The position numbers and the translations under genes were made by a program. This document shows, one piece after another, positions 12,393-25,719 of a stretch of DNA of 64,000 bases. The notes under the pieces were generated by a model. That model saw only the letters and a list, made by a program, of their open reading frames with translations. It had not been told where the DNA came from and ran no database searches. The first letter of the stretch is position 1; every line of letters starts with the position of its first letter. Source of the stretch: Mobula hypostoma (taxonomy: Eukaryota); NCBI RefSeq assembly GCF_963921235.1, contig NC_086109.1, forward strand, positions 3,660,001 to 3,724,000. Direction: 5' to 3'.

Positions 12393-12557
12393 ATCAGAAC
12401 TGGTAAAGCTGATTGGACAACCTACAGAGGTCTCACTTTCAAGGTCTCCATAGCGTGATGTTCTCGGCAATATTTATTTATTTATTTTATTAATTTACAC
12501 ATTGGTGGTCAGATTTTATGTACAGTTTTTTCCATAATCTGTTGTATTTCTTTGGTA

Positions 12558-12955
12558 TCACACACAAAGTGCTGGAGAAACTCAGCAGGTCAGGCAGCAC
12601 CTGTGGAAATGAATATAAGCAGTCGACGTTTCGAGCCAAGATCTTTCTTCAGCACTGGAGAGGAAGGTGCAAGGCGCCAAAATACAAAAGTGGAGGGGGG
12701 AGGGAAGGAAGGCTAGCTGGAAGGTGATAGGTGAAGCCAGGTGGATGGGAAAGGCAAAGGGCTGGAGAAGAATGAATCTGACAGGAAAAGTGGATCATAG
12801 GAGAAAGGGAAGGAGGAGGGGACCCAGGGGAGGTGACAGACAGGTGAGAAGAGGTAAGAGACCAGGGTGGGGAACAGAAGAAGTGGGAAGAGGAGGGATT
12901 TTTTTTTACCGGAAGGAGAAAATAATATTCATGCCAACAGATTGGAGGCTACCTG
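12558..12955 (-). mobile_element. Penelope-like element 3' fragment
   Basis: Same terminal arm, degenerate hammerhead (minus CTGAAGA...GAAACGTCGAC at 12621-12655) and purine-rich UTR as the copy at 60108-60822. Confidence 0.75.
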
Positions 12956-13594
12956 GTTAGTGCCTGCAAGAAATGAATCTCAAGTTAATATATAGTGATA
13001 CATGCATACTTTGATAATAAACTTACTTTTGACTTTGACTTCGAGATGCAGGCCATTGTGAGAGAGTTACTGAAGTTAAGTAACCCGTTGTAATTACTGA
13101 ACTTGCTTATGATCAGCGGGTGGGAGGGGCTTGTGTAGAATTGCCTCATACAGCCAATGCAGTAGGAGAGAGGAGGGCAGACCGTGGACACTGGGTTGGA
13201 TTAAAGGAGAGGTGGCAAAGGGACTTTCATAGTGAAAGCTATCGTCCGCACAAGGCTGAGGTGGGAAGTGTGACACTGACCAGTCATGGGAGGTGGGTCC
13301 TTATAAAGTCACTGGTGCATTCAATCTCTGGGGTGATAAGACGACGCAGGGTCAAGCTCAGACAAGAAGGGTGAAGATGACAGAAGGGATGTTACATTCA
13401 GTGATATGTTCACATAACTGTGATATCCACATTACACCAAGAATGGTATTTCACCACAGAATGTGGAATTTTCCTGTCATTTATGGTCAGTCGATAACAA
13501 GTGAACAAGGGCAGGGTCAGGTGACGTCCCAACATCAGAGCAGGAGTGGAGAAGATGTTACATTTTATGGGACAATTGAGACCTAGTATGGAAA

Positions 13595-14000
13595 CACCAA
13601 TGCCCAAGTCCACAAAAGGCCATCAAATGTGGTGGATACAGCCCAGTCCATCACAGGCAAAGTCCTCCCCAACAGAGAGCACATCTACACGGACCACCGT
13701 CACAAGAAAGCAGCATTCATCATCGAGGACCCCCATCGTGCAGGCCATGTACTCTTCTTGCAACTACAATTGAGCAGGAGCTACAGGGGCCTTGGGTCCC
13801 ATACCAACAGGTTCAGGAGGAGTTATTACCCTTCAACATCAGGCTCTTGAACCAGCGTGGATAGCTTCACTCACCTCAACTCTGAACTGACTCCACAACC
13901 GACAGACTCACTTTCAGGAGATCTACAACTCATGTTCTCAGTATATGTTCACATTTGCACAATTATTCTTCTTTTGCACATTAGTTGTTTGTCTGTCTTT
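13595..14000 (+). mobile_element. Rex1/Babar-type LINE 3' fragment
   Basis: VDTAQSITGKVLP.REHIY....KKAAFIIEDPH..GH.LF...RSYR. Confidence 0.75.
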
Positions 14001-14702
14001 GTTTCTGTATAGCTGGCTGCCTCCTCAGGTCGCTAGTGAACTGCGCCCTATAGTGACCTGTGTGGAGTTTGCACATTCTCCCAGGTGTTCTGGTTACCTC
14101 CCGCATCCTAGAGACGCGTGGGATGGCTTGAATCCTGTGGGGGAGGCAGGGAGAAACGGCAGCTACCTGAGCTGGCCACAGCTGTTGGTTACTATGGGGT
14201 GTGCTGGTTGCTTCCTCCCCGTCTGGGGTCAGGATGGGAACTGTGAGGGCTGAGACAGTGAGGCGAGCTGCGCAGTGTGTCTGGAAGGCATTCAAACAGA
14301 GCGTCTCACAGTACCTCGGTTTGTGTGACAATAACAAACCAATTACCTCTGATGGCTTTCCTTCCACAATAGATTTCTCGTATGTTCCAAATGGCTGCAA
14401 TCATCTCCGGATCATTTAAATTTAATGTAAATTTATTTTGATTGTCTTATTATTTGAATAGCTCTGTTTTACCTTGGATGCCCTTGTACCAGTGACTGCT
14501 CCTCTCCTGGAGACACAAGAGATTCTACAGATACTGGAAGTTTGGAGTATCACACACAAAATGCCGGAGGAACTCAGCAGATCAGGCAGCTTCTGTGGAG
14601 GGAAATAGTCAATGTTTCAGGCTGAGGCTCTTAATCAGGACAGGGGGTCGGCCTGAAGCACCCAATCAGATCACGGATACTGCCTGGCCCACTGATTTCG
14701 TC

Positions 14703-15005
14703 AATACAGTAGCATAGCGGTTAGTGCAACACTTTACAATGCCAGCTGTAAGATCGGGGTTCAAATGCCGCCCCTGCCTGTAAGGAGTCTGTATGTTCTC
14801 CCCGTGACTGCATGGGTTTCCTCCCGGTGTTCCAGTTTGCTCCCACACTTCGAAGATGTATGAATGGTAGGTTGTGGGCATGCTATGCCAGCGCTGGAAG
14901 TGTTCTGACACTTGTGGGCTGCCTATCACAACCCTCACTGATTTGACACAATTGACACATTTCACTGTATGTTTCAATGCACATGTGACAAATAAAGCTA
15001 ATCTT
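14703..15005 (+). mobile_element. V-SINE-like tRNA-derived SINE
   Basis: A box tagcatagcgg, B box ggttcaaatgc, and V-domain-like gtatgttctccccgtgactgcatgggtttcctcccggtg...ctcccacac. Confidence 0.75.
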
Positions 15006-15194
15006 ATATCATCTTATCTAGCACTTTTTGGGTGTTACTCCAGATTTCTAGCATTGGCAAAGTGCCTTGTGCCTCCACAATGCTAGAAGAGCTGTCCTGT
15101 GGACAGTGGCATTAAACAGAGGCCCCTTTACGAAGGATCCCAGCATCCAAACCAGTCTCATCTAACTTCTTCAATCACAATTGCAGGACAATTT

Positions 15195-15385
15195 GTAATG
15201 ACCAATTAATCTACTAACCAGTACATCTTTGGAATGTGGGAGGAAACCAGGTCACCTGGTGGAAACCCATGCTGTCACAGAGAAGGTGTACAAATTCCTT
15301 ACAGACAGCTTCAGAGTTGAACTTCGAACTCTGACGCCCTGAATGGCAATAACGTCACGCGAACCGCTATGTAACTGTAGTGCCT
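15195..15385 (-). mobile_element. V-SINE-like copy
   Basis: Reverse complement of the V domain (gtgggaggaaaccagg...ggaaacccatgc) and of the tRNA head. Confidence 0.65.
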
Positions 15386-15779
15386 CAGTTTCCTCAGTTA
15401 CCTCCTCAAAATCTCAGTACACTTTGTGAGGCGAGATTTCCTCTGTACCGAACCATGCTGTGGCATCTCTTAATCAGTCCTTGCCTTTCCAAATTAGCAT
15501 AAATCCTGCCTTTTAGAATTTTTTCCATTCATTTCCCTACTACTGATCTAAGGTTCACAGCACTGTAGGTCCCTGGCTTATTGTGACTGCAAAAATATTA
15601 GCTACACTCCGTCATCCTGTATATCAGCTGTAGTGAATGGAGGTGCAAAATTCTTCACTGGAGCCCCAGCAATATCGTCCCATTGATCCAGAAAAATATC
15701 CAGCCTGGTTCTGGGTATCATGTATTCAATATATTTGATTAATCTTGTAAAAATATTGTAAATATAAAAGAGAGATCTC

Positions 15780-16348
15780 TTGGTGGCCACCCAGTTCAAT
15801 TCTACTTCCCATTCCTATTCCGATATGCCAGTCCATGGCCTCCTCTACTGCCGCGATGAGGCCACACTCACCCTATATTCCATCTGGGTAGCCTTAACCT
15901 GATGGCATGAACATCGATTTCTCAAGCTTCCAGTAACTGCCCTCCCCCTTTCACCATTCCCCATTCCTGTTTCCCTCTCTCACCTTATCTCCTTACCTAT
16001 CCATCATCTCCCTCTGGTGTTCCTCCCCCTTCCCTTTCCTCCATGGTCTTCTGTCCTCTCCTATCAGATCCCCCCTTCTCTAGCCCTTTATCTCTTTCAC
16101 CAATCAACCTCCCAGCTCTTTACTTTCCACCTTCCCCCATTCCCTGTTTCACCTATCACTTACCACCTAATACTTCTTCCGCCACCTCTTACTCGAACTT
16201 TTCCTCTTTCTTTCCTGTCCTAGTGAATGATCTCAGCCTGAAACGTTGACTGTTTACTCTTTTCCATAGATGCAGTCTGAACTGCTGAGTTCCTCCAGTA
16301 TTTTGTGTGTGTTGCTTTGGATTTCCAGCACCTACAGATTTTCACGTG
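15780..16348 (+). mobile_element. Penelope-like element 3' fragment
   Basis: Degenerate GIY-YIG tail (LVATQFNSTSHS...PDGMNIDF), pyrimidine-rich UTR, hammerhead remnant 16217-16252 and terminal arm. Confidence 0.75.
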
Positions 16349-16350
16349 TA

Positions 16351-16553
16351 TGTAAATATATTGTTTGATTAAGCATTCTTTGTTTGCTTAAATAATTTAT
16401 TATGGGTGATATGTAAAAATGCAAGAGTTGCATTTGTCATGTTGCTACCACTTGGTACGTGATGATACGTGCACACCTTGCTTAAAGTAAAAACATGTTA
16501 GACTCTCATTTCAGACGCCCGCCTTTTGATGTTTTAGAGTTACAAAACATAAT
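16351..16553. mobile_element. Possible short solo LTR
   Basis: About 200 bp AT-rich unit from tgtaa... to ...ttacaaaacataata with weak inverted ends; no TSD confirmed. Confidence 0.3.
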
Positions 16554-16863
16554 ACTTGGGATTTATCCACATTAATATAGCCAATAGCTCGAACTTCCTC
16601 CTTCCTGATGCCAATGAAAAGTATTCACATAGGATCCTGCTTGTATCCTCCACCTCCACGTATCGATTTCTCATTTGGTCCCTGATTGAACTTTCTGTTG
16701 AGGAGGTTGACGGACCATATCAGAACAATTCTACATGGACATTAAAATCTATAACTGTTGTCACAGTCAGTGTTCCTCATAAAATGTTTTAAGGTCTCCA
16801 CTGACAGTGATTCTCAGAGTCTAACTACAGTGTTTTTTCTTGAACTATAACTGTGCGAGACTT

Positions 16864-18525
16864 GTTTTTTTTGTAATTTATTTTTTATTGAATTTCATCA
16901 TCAAACATTTCCATAAGATGTGTTTCAGATACTGTACATATATATCATATAATCATATTTGTCACAAATCTCCACATAATATTTATCTGAGGTATACACT
17001 TATAGAAAGGAGAGGAAAGAAAGAACAATCGAAAGAAGAAAACTATGTACAAAGTAGGGAGTGATCTTTTTTACAACATATTCATTGACTTGTGAGAATA
17101 AAATCAGGCCTATGAGGTGTTATGTAGTTAAACCATTTTCCCAGTATGAATCAAATTGTTCCAACTTATGATTAGCGTATGTTATTATCTTCTCCATTTT
17201 GTAAATGTCCTTTGTAATTTCCATCCATTCATTTAAAGTTGGGCTCTCCTGAGATAACCATTTCCTGGTAAGGGTCTTTTTACCAGCCACCAGCAGTACG
17301 TTCATTAAATATTTATCTCTTTTCAACCATTCTTGAGGTATATACCCAAAATATATGGTCTTACTCTCCAAGGGTATGTCACATTTAAAGACGTCTTGTA
17401 GGGCATTATGTATCCAACTCCAATAGTCTTTGAAAACGGGGCATTCCCAGAAAATATGATAATAGTTTGCATTTTGATTTCCACAATTTCTCCAGCAAAC
17501 AGGGGGGGGTCACTATCATAATGGGATTTCTGAGAGGGTGTAATAAATTATCTTATCAAGTTTTTCCATCCGAACTCCCTCCATTTCTGTGAACTGGTAC
17601 ACTTCCATTGATACCTCCATATTATTGTCCAGTCTTCCTCATATTATTATCCCTCCTTCCTTCTCCCATTTTGTTTTAATGTGTGAAGTCGAATGTGTTT
17701 TAAGATTTGACAAACCCTTATAAATGCTTGAGATTATTCTACTACCGTTGTCTGAATTATATGCTTTTCTAAATATTTCTATCAGACATGTACTTGCCTT
17801 GGTTACATTTTTAACCGTCCTATTAACATACTCTCACATCTGTAAATACCGGTAAAAGTATTGTTTTTCTAATGTGTCTCTGTTTGAGCATTTCAAAACT
17901 GAACAGTGTTCCTTCTTTCATTATATTGCAAATAGCTGTTATTCCTTTAGCTGTCCAGTCCTTAAATCTAGCATCCAGTTTATTCAGCATAAAATCCGAG
18001 TCATTTGCACACCATTTAAGAATTGTAATATCTCCCTCTAGTTTATAATAGTTTTCCATATTTTAAGAGTCCATTTCACCCAGGGGTTATCAATAGTATT
18101 TATGCACCTTTGTAGGTTGTTATCAGCCAAAATTGCTTGTGTGGGGATGGAAAGTATCCTCTCCTCAATGTTTTTCCATTGAGCATCGTATGATGGGTTG
18201 CACCAGCATATCACAGCTCTCAACTGTGCTGCAAAATAATAATCTCTAAGAGAAGGTAGGCCCCATCCCCCTTTTTCCTTGGCTAATTGCAAAGTTTTGA
18301 GATGAACCCTAGGCCTTTTACCTTGCCATATATATCTTGATAGCATCTTGTTCCATTCATTGAATTGATTTTGGTTAATCTCTATTGGTGGGTCTGAAAG
18401 AGATATAGTGGTCTGGGCAGTATATTCATTTTAATAGATTCAATCCTTGAACTGAGACCAAGAAAAGGAATTAGGTTCCATCTTGTATCTTCCTTTATTT
18501 TTTTATATATAGGCTGATAATTGCC
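16864..18525 (-). mobile_element. 5'-truncated L1-clade LINE (ORF2 C-terminus, 3' UTR, A-rich tail)
   Basis: Minus frames YIWQGKRPRV.LKTLQLAKEKGGWGLPSLRDYYFAA and CCHC knuckle CWRNCGNQNANYYHIFWEC (about 17441-17497); AATAAA and A-rich tail near 16864-16892; frameshifted. Confidence 0.9.
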
Positions 18526-18579
18526 TTCTGATAGTGAGACCTGGGTTATAATAAGGAAAGAAAGATCAGCTTTATTTGT

Positions 18580-18787
18580 CTGTGTCGTTCCTTTCCACTG
18601 CTTGTGGTGTTTCGGGTGGCAACCTTGCCGTTTCTATAGCATTTTTGTCTGTTTTTTACGAGACCGAGTTGTGAGCTCAACACTCAGCCCAGCCAGGAAG
18701 GACGGCGTGCAAACAGCCGGCCGGATTCAAACCCAGGACCAGTTGCCTCGAGGTCTGGTGCGGATGCCACTACACCACTGGCCGGCC
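18580..18787 (-). mobile_element. tRNA-derived SINE
   Basis: Minus head ggccggccagTGGTGTAGTGGcatcc...GGTTTGAATCC (Pol III A and B boxes) followed by a non-tRNA body. Confidence 0.7.
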
Positions 18788-18789
18788 AT

Positions 18790-19070
18790 TTAATTGTCAT
18801 ACGTACATCAAAACATAGTGAAATGAGTTGTTAACGTCAACGACCAAAACAGTCTGAGGATGTGCCCACAAGTGTCACCACACTCTGGTGCTAACGTAGC
18901 ATACCCACAATTTACTAACCATAACCCATATGTGCTTGAAAAGTGGGAGGAAACCAGAGCACTTGGAGGAAGTCCACGCGGGCTCTTACAAACTCCTTCC
19001 AGACAGCAGCAAGAATTGAACCCTGATCACTGGCGCTATAAAGCATTGTGCTAACCGCTACACTACAATT
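18790..19070 (-). mobile_element. V-SINE-like copy
   Basis: Reverse complement of the 14703-15005 family (head gtagtgtagcggttagc; V domain; shared 3' tail). Confidence 0.7.
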
Positions 19071-20390
19071 AGACGTTTATAAGTCGCTGTTTCAGGAAGG
19101 TGGCACCAGGTTGTTGTTAGGTGGGTGTTCCATCCGTCCTGGTACCACATTCACCGATGGTGCATGGGTTAACACCACAGAAACCTTGTCAACTTCACAC
19201 CTGTCACACAGCAAATAAATTACAGCTTAGGAATTCTGCATTTCCCAATTTCAAAAAGTATTCATCTGTGAAGTTTTTAATGTAACATTAACTCAGATCC
19301 ATTTCAGGACTTTAGACACACTAATGACTGTAGAGAGCACTGAAGCAGAACTGTTTGCACACAGTCTGCAGAGGTTAATGTTGGTCACAAACTGATCGAG
19401 GAAGTGAGAAGAATTCTGCTATTTTCAAGTTTTTGAATTGAACACCAAGCGTTAAACACCGCTCCGGGCTGTCCAGCCTTGGGTTCAGTGCAGTGTGTGT
19501 GGACCCATCCAGGAGTTACCTGCTTGTAGCACCTCGTGTCTGGATCCAGCACAGGTTTTCTGAGCAGGGCAGGTGGCAGAGAAATCATAAATGTGCCACT
19601 AGATTTGCGACTCAATATCCCTTCAATTCATGCAGAGGAATTTTGGTTCGGATTTAGATAAACTGACCTGGATGATAGTTAACCAGCCGGAGAGGCTGTT
19701 TTCACATTTAATTGCATTTTAAAGTCGACAATGTGGCCGTGTTGATCTCTGCTGTTACAGGATATAATTTCCTGTCGACACTGTCCTCACTTCGGTCTGT
19801 GTCTTCTGTGGCAACAGGTTACCTCAGAAACATTTTCTACTCATTAATGTTATTACTTTTTCACACCAAGCCACAATTCATCTGAGCAGCTGTTTATTCA
19901 GGCAAAGTTCAAAACAAATTTTATTATCAGAGTACATACCTGTCACTACATACAACCCTGAGGTTCTTTTTCCTGTGTGCATGAGGAACTATAAATGTGC
20001 AAGTGCAAATATAAATAATGAGAACATGAAAGAACAAGGTAAAGAGTCCTTAAAGTGAGAACATCTCAAAGGATGGGCAAGTGAGTCTAGTTATCCCTTT
20101 TTGTTCAAGAGCCTGATGGTCATGGAATAGTAACTGTTCTTGAAATCACTTTTACACAAGGAGCACATCCAAGTGACCTCCATTGTTGATCCTGTGGTGT
20201 CCTTGTTAACAGTGTGAAATAATAAAAATAGCTTTTAAGCTGCTGTTAAGGGATTACAATTGTAAATTACCTGATTTTAGGGAGTTTAGGCTGTGTTTTT
20301 GTCCTGTCGAGAAGGTTTGAACATGTTCAGATGTTACAAGAGTTGGTCCTAAGCTTTCAGGTGCTTGTTCATCACTCTCTCCCTATAAAT

Positions 20391-20470
20391 CAGGGGTTCC
20401 TCGCTGTTCCTATGCCACGGATCAATACCATTAAGCAAGGGGTCCATGGACCCCTGGTTGGGAACCCCTG
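20391..20470. mobile_element. 80-bp hAT-type MITE
   Basis: Perfect 10-bp TIR caggggttcc ... ggaacccctg; related copy at 27522-27601. Confidence 0.7.
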
Positions 20471-21299
20471 GTCTAACCTTGCCCACTGCCTCCGAACACA
20501 AACCAGAGCAAATCTGCTGGAAATCCAAGCAACATACACACACACAAAATGCTGGGGGAACTCAGCAGGCCAGGCAGCATCTATGGAAAAGAGTGAACAG
20601 TCGACGTTTCATGTGAGATCCTTCAGCAAGTCTCAAGAAAAAAAGATGAGGAGTTGAAGTTAAAAGGTGGTGGGAGAGAAGGGAGAAACACAAGGTGATG
20701 GATGAAAACGGAAGGGGGAGGAGGGGGCCCTGAACGGTAGTGCAGGAGGAGGTGTAGGAGCAGATGTAGCACTTGTTTCATTTGCAAGGAGAAGTGCCAG
20801 GAGGGAGATCAGTGGGGAGAGATGACATGCTCTGAGTTATAGGGAAGGGTTGAGTAGGCTAGGACTTTCTGCCCTAGAGTGTAGGAGAATGAGGAAAGAT
20901 TTGATCGAAGTATACAAAATGACAAGAGGTATAGGTAGGGTAAATGCAAGCTGACTTTTCCTAGTGAAGATGGGTGAGGCTACAACTAGAGGTTATAGAC
21001 GAAGGGTTAATGGTGACATATTTGAGGGGAACCTGAAGAGGAACTTCTTCACTCAGAGGCTAGTGAGAGTGTGGAATGAGCTGGCAGGCCCCTCCCCTCC
21101 CCCAGCTGCTCCCTCACCACCCCCCCAACCCTCAACTGGGCATCCCATTGTTCTCTGTCAAATCAACCCGCTGACTTTATTCTGTACCTTCAGACCACTC
21201 AGCTAAAGATGTCATTTGATAAATTTACTCCTGTCCAAAAGGGTTTCAACGTGATTCCACCTTCAGCCAGGGAATGTAGTAACAGTGCGATGCGCAACT

Positions 21300-21930
21300 A
21301 AGTTACAATAAGATACAATATGAAATATTTTTAAAAAGTTGTGCAAAAAGAGAGCAAGTTAGTGAGTTAGTGTTGATGGGTTCAGTGGGTTCATGGCCCT
21401 TTCAGATGTCTGATGGTGGAGGGGAAGAAACTGTTCCTAAAACGTTAAATGGTGCCTTCAGCCTCCTGTGCCTCCTCCCTGCTGGCAGCAATGGGAAGAG
21501 GGCATGTCCTCACCGATGGGAGTCCTGCTTGAAGATGTTCCTCGATGGTGGGGAGACGATGAAGCTGGCTCAGTCTGCAATCTCTGCAGCTTTTTCTGAT
21601 CCTGAGCGTTGATGCCTCCATGCCAGACAGTGGTGCAACTGTTTAGAATGCTCTCCACGGTACATCTGCAGAAATCTGCTCCAGCCTTTGGTGACATATC
21701 CAATCTCCTCAAATTCCTGACGAAACATAGCTGCTGTCATGCCTTCTTTGCAATCGCATCAATACGTTGGACCCAGGATAGACCTTCAGTGATGTCGACA
21801 CTCGGGAACTCTTTTCTCAATAAGAACTCTTGTGTGTTCTCCTGACTTCCCAGTCGTGAAGTCCACAATTAATTCCTTGGTCTTACTGATGTTGAGTGCA
21901 AGGTTGTTGTGACACCTCTCAACCCACAGA
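21300..21930 (-). mobile_element. Rex1/Babar-type LINE fragment
   Basis: HNNLALNISKTKELIVDF; RRLDMSPK...FCRCTVESIL.SCTTVWHG. Confidence 0.85.
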
Positions 21931-23469
21931 GTATAAAACTGGTGTAGTGTGGAGGGGCAGAATTTCCTCGTCAGGTAAGTTTTGAGATGTGCTTGGTGTT
22001 CTTGACATATGATCAATTATTGTGCATCTCAAAGAATCAAATGAAGGATTCTTAACATCGAGCGGTAATTATTTGAATCTACTTAATCTTCGGGTTAGTA
22101 TGAGCTACTGGCATTAAAAAACAGATCCTGGTGCCTCGCTGTCCTCAGGAGAGTCTTTGCTCAGTTGGTGCTGATTTTTATTGACAGGGTAACAACTAAG
22201 TACAAATGCTGATGTCAGTGCCTGGTAGCTTACAGACTCCAAAGGTTTCTGATAGATTTTTGTTTAATTTAGAATGAGCTGTAAATACAGGTGCATTAGA
22301 ATCAAATGGGTTACTTCCCCTGTGATGGAGTTTGAATCAGGAGGTTAAAGGTTGACGAGCAGTGTAATTAATAGTCAGGCTGTTATATAAAATCAGGCCA
22401 CCATTGATTGGCTGAATAAGGAAAGACATCCACTGAGGTTTTCTGGTAATATCTATCGCTCTTCACTTGCTCCCTGAGCCTCCCATTCATCATGTTCAAT
22501 CTTCCTTCAGAAAGAAAGTTAACACAATGAGTGGTTGCTTCACCAGAGAGTCATTGGCTGAAATCTTCAAACTCTGCTATAAAGGTGAGGCATAGTGGTG
22601 TGTCAGTACCAGCTACAGGACAAGAAGTCTGATACCACCCATAGAAATTGCCAGATAAACAAGATTAATTTATAATTCTCGTTCAATAATACGAACCCAC
22701 TTGTAGTTACTAATTCTATTGAAGTAACGCAGTTGGTGTTAGCCTTATATGTCACAGGCATACAGTGGAACACATTGTTTTGTGTCAATGACCAACACAG
22801 TCAGAGGATGTACTGGGGGAAGCCGGCAAGTGTCAAAATCAAATCAAATGGTTCTATAAAATATTGGTATATGTATAGAGTATACAGCCTGAAATTCTTA
22901 CTCTTCACAGACATCCACAATACAAGAAACCCCATAGAATGAATAAAAGAAACGTCGGAACTCCAAGGCAACACCCCCCATCATACAAGCAGCTCTTCTC
23001 AAAAACGTTACTAGAGTATTAACTAATATTGATTTTATGACTTTAATGTGAGTCAGCCGTACTTCTCAAGGCCCTAGTTTAAGGTGTTGTTTCTGAAGCA
23101 ACGTGACCCAACTCTTTGAGAATCATCATGTGTGGTTCCAGAAACATCTGATACACTAGTTCCAACACAGGAGGCAATTTCCATCATAAAGGACTTTCAC
23201 CATCCACGACATGCCCGCTTCTCATTGCTACCGTCAAGAGGGAGGTACAGGAGCCTGAAGACACACACTCAACATTTTAAGAACTACTTCTTCCTCTCCA
23301 CAATCATCTTTCTGAACAGTCCATGAATCCATGAACACACCCTCACTACTTTGCCTTCTTTTGGCAATACTTATTTCTTATATCTTGTGTCGTATTTTAT
23401 AATATATTTTATGTACTGCACTGTACTGCTGCAAAAGAACAAATTTCACAATTCATTTCACCAAATATG

Positions 23470-24060
23470 ATCCGACGTAAATTGGGGATCACTTCGTGGA
23501 GTACCTCCGCTCTATCTGCCGAAAGCAGAACTTCCCAGTGGCCAAACATTTTAATTCTGATTCCCATTCCTGTTCCAACATGTCAGTCCCTGGCCTCCTC
23601 TTGTGCCATGATGAGGCCACCCTCAGGGTGGAGGAGCATCATCTTATATTGCCCTCCAACCTGATGGCATGACTTTCGATTTCTCCTTTCAGTAAAAAAA
23701 ATCCACCACTTCTTCTATTCCCCACTCTGGCCTCTAAATCTACTCTCACCGGTCTCCCACCTCCCCATTTCCCCTCCTCCTTCCCCTTATTCTGTGGTTC
23801 ACCCTCCTCTCCTATCAGAATCTTTCCTCTCCAGTCCTTTACCTTTCCCACCCACCTGGCTTCACCTATCACCTTCCAGCTATCCTTCTTCCCCACCCCC
23901 CAGCTTTTTATTCTGGTGTCTTCCCCCTTTTCAGTCCCGAAAGAGGGTATCAGCCCCAAAATGTCGACTGTTTATTCATTTCCGTAGGTGCTGCCTGATC
24001 TGCTGAGTTCCACCGGCATTTTGTGTGTGATTACCAGCATCGGGAGATCTTCTTGTGTTT
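23470..24060 (+). mobile_element. Penelope-like element 3' fragment (GIY-YIG C-terminal half, UTR, terminal arm)
   Basis: Reads RRKLGDHFVEYLRSICRKQNFPVAKHFNSDSHS; degenerate hammerhead 23933-23970. Confidence 0.8.
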
Positions 24061-24479
24061 AAAATTTCACAACATACAGTGTGTCAGTGATTATAAACCA
24101 GATCCTAATTCTGCAAAAAGGCTGAATTTGCAGGAAATCTGAGAATGGGTCAACATGTCAGTCAGTATCTATGGAGAAAGGAGCTGAGTTAACTTTTCAG
24201 ATCAGTGACCTTCTTCAGAACCTTTCTGAAAGGTCCTCAACCTTAAACTCTCTCTACAGATGCTACTGAGTACCTCCAATGTTAGAGGCAGCAAAATGTC
24301 CTTGATCTGGTGGAAGCTAGCGTAAGGCTTGGGATACACTTGTTCTTGTCTGGATTTCATGTTCACTTTGCTGAGGACATCCCTGGCCCCAGGCTCCCTG
24401 CTTTATCAAGGTAAAAGCCAATGGTATGACAGGAAAGGTGCTAGCAAGGGGAGAAGATTGGCCAAGTGGGAGGAGACAA

Positions 24480-24975
24480 AGAGTGGGAATGAAGTGGGGG
24501 GCTGGCTAATCTGATTGGCTGTCGGTGACCAGTGGTGTGCCATAGGAGTTCGTGTCAGGACTGCTTCTTTTCACGTTGTATGTCAATGATTTGGATGAAG
24601 AAATTGATAGCTTTGTGGTTACATTTGCAGACAACATGATAATAGGCAGAGAGGCAGGTAGTGTTGAGGAAGCAGGGTGTCTACAAAAGGATTTTCACAG
24701 ATGGGGGGAATGGGCAAAGAAGTGGCAGATGGAATACAGTCTACAGAAATGCATGCTCATGTACTTTGGCAGAAGGAGTAAAGGCTATTTTCTAAATGGG
24801 GATGAAATTCAAAACCCCAAGGTGCAAATTGACTTGGGAGTCCTCATGTAGGATTCCCTAAAGATTAGCTTGCAGGTTGACTCAAGTTCATAAGGTATTG
24901 GTCAAACCTCACTTGGAGTTTTGGGCCCCTTATCTAAGAAAGGATGTGCTGGCTTTGGAGAGGCTCCAGAGGAGG
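24480..24975 (+). mobile_element. CR1 reverse-transcriptase fragment
   Basis: LLFTLYVNDLDE...FADN (decayed FADD)...LQKD...EWAKKWQMEY. Confidence 0.85.
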
Positions 24976-25035
24976 ACTTCCTTGACCTTGGCATTGGCTT
25001 CCAGATAGCAGGACAGATGGATAAGGAGCCCTGTT

Positions 25036-25260
25036 CACAAAATACTGGTGGCACTCAGAAGGTGAGGCAGCATCTATGAATAGGAATAAACAGTTGATGT
25101 TTTCAGGCTGAAACTCTTCATCAGACCCCTCACTGAGGGCCTTGGCCCAAAACGTCAACAGTTCATTTGTTTCCATAGATGCTGCCTGACCTGCTGAATT
25201 CACCCAGCATTTTGTGTGTGTTGCTCTGCATTTCCAGCATCTAAGGAATCTCTTGTGTTT
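25036..25260. mobile_element. Fold-back pair of Penelope-like terminal repeats
   Basis: Imperfect palindrome centred near 25127: acaaaatactgg...gcagcatctat...ttcatcag / ...atagatgctgc...ccagcattttgt. Confidence 0.75.
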
Positions 25261-25719
25261 TGCTTTGCCTTGCTGAATAAAGAAATGAAGAGCAGGGAAT
25301 TCTGGGTTGACCTGCACAAAATATCGGGCAGCACTGTATACCTACCTGTTGGTCACTTTGGAAGACAAGAGTTTGTAGAGAGGATTCAGTGGTGGAGGAG
25401 GGTGTAATCTGTGCAGGAAAACAATGGGAGTTGGGTAGAGTTCTTTGGACCAAAGGAGACAGAGGAGACATTTAATGGAGAGGTATAAAATTGTCAGAGA
25501 TCCAGTCAGGTTGAACAGTAAAGATGAACCATGATCTTATTGAGAACAGGAGCAGGAGGGACCAAGTCTGGAACTGGGAAAGGGTTGGCTGTTTAGGAGT
25601 GAGGTGGACACTGACCTGATTAGGAATCTTTGGAATTCACAGTCTGAGTGATTGTAAGCTGGTTTATTCACTGCTCTGAGGCTTAATGGTTATCGGACAC
25701 ATAGGAATAGAAACTCTGG

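Noticed and set aside
18715..18787. tRNA genes here and at 56590-56663 and 14703-14775
   Set aside because: A and B boxes are present, but no clean cloverleaf is apparent and each continues into a SINE body.
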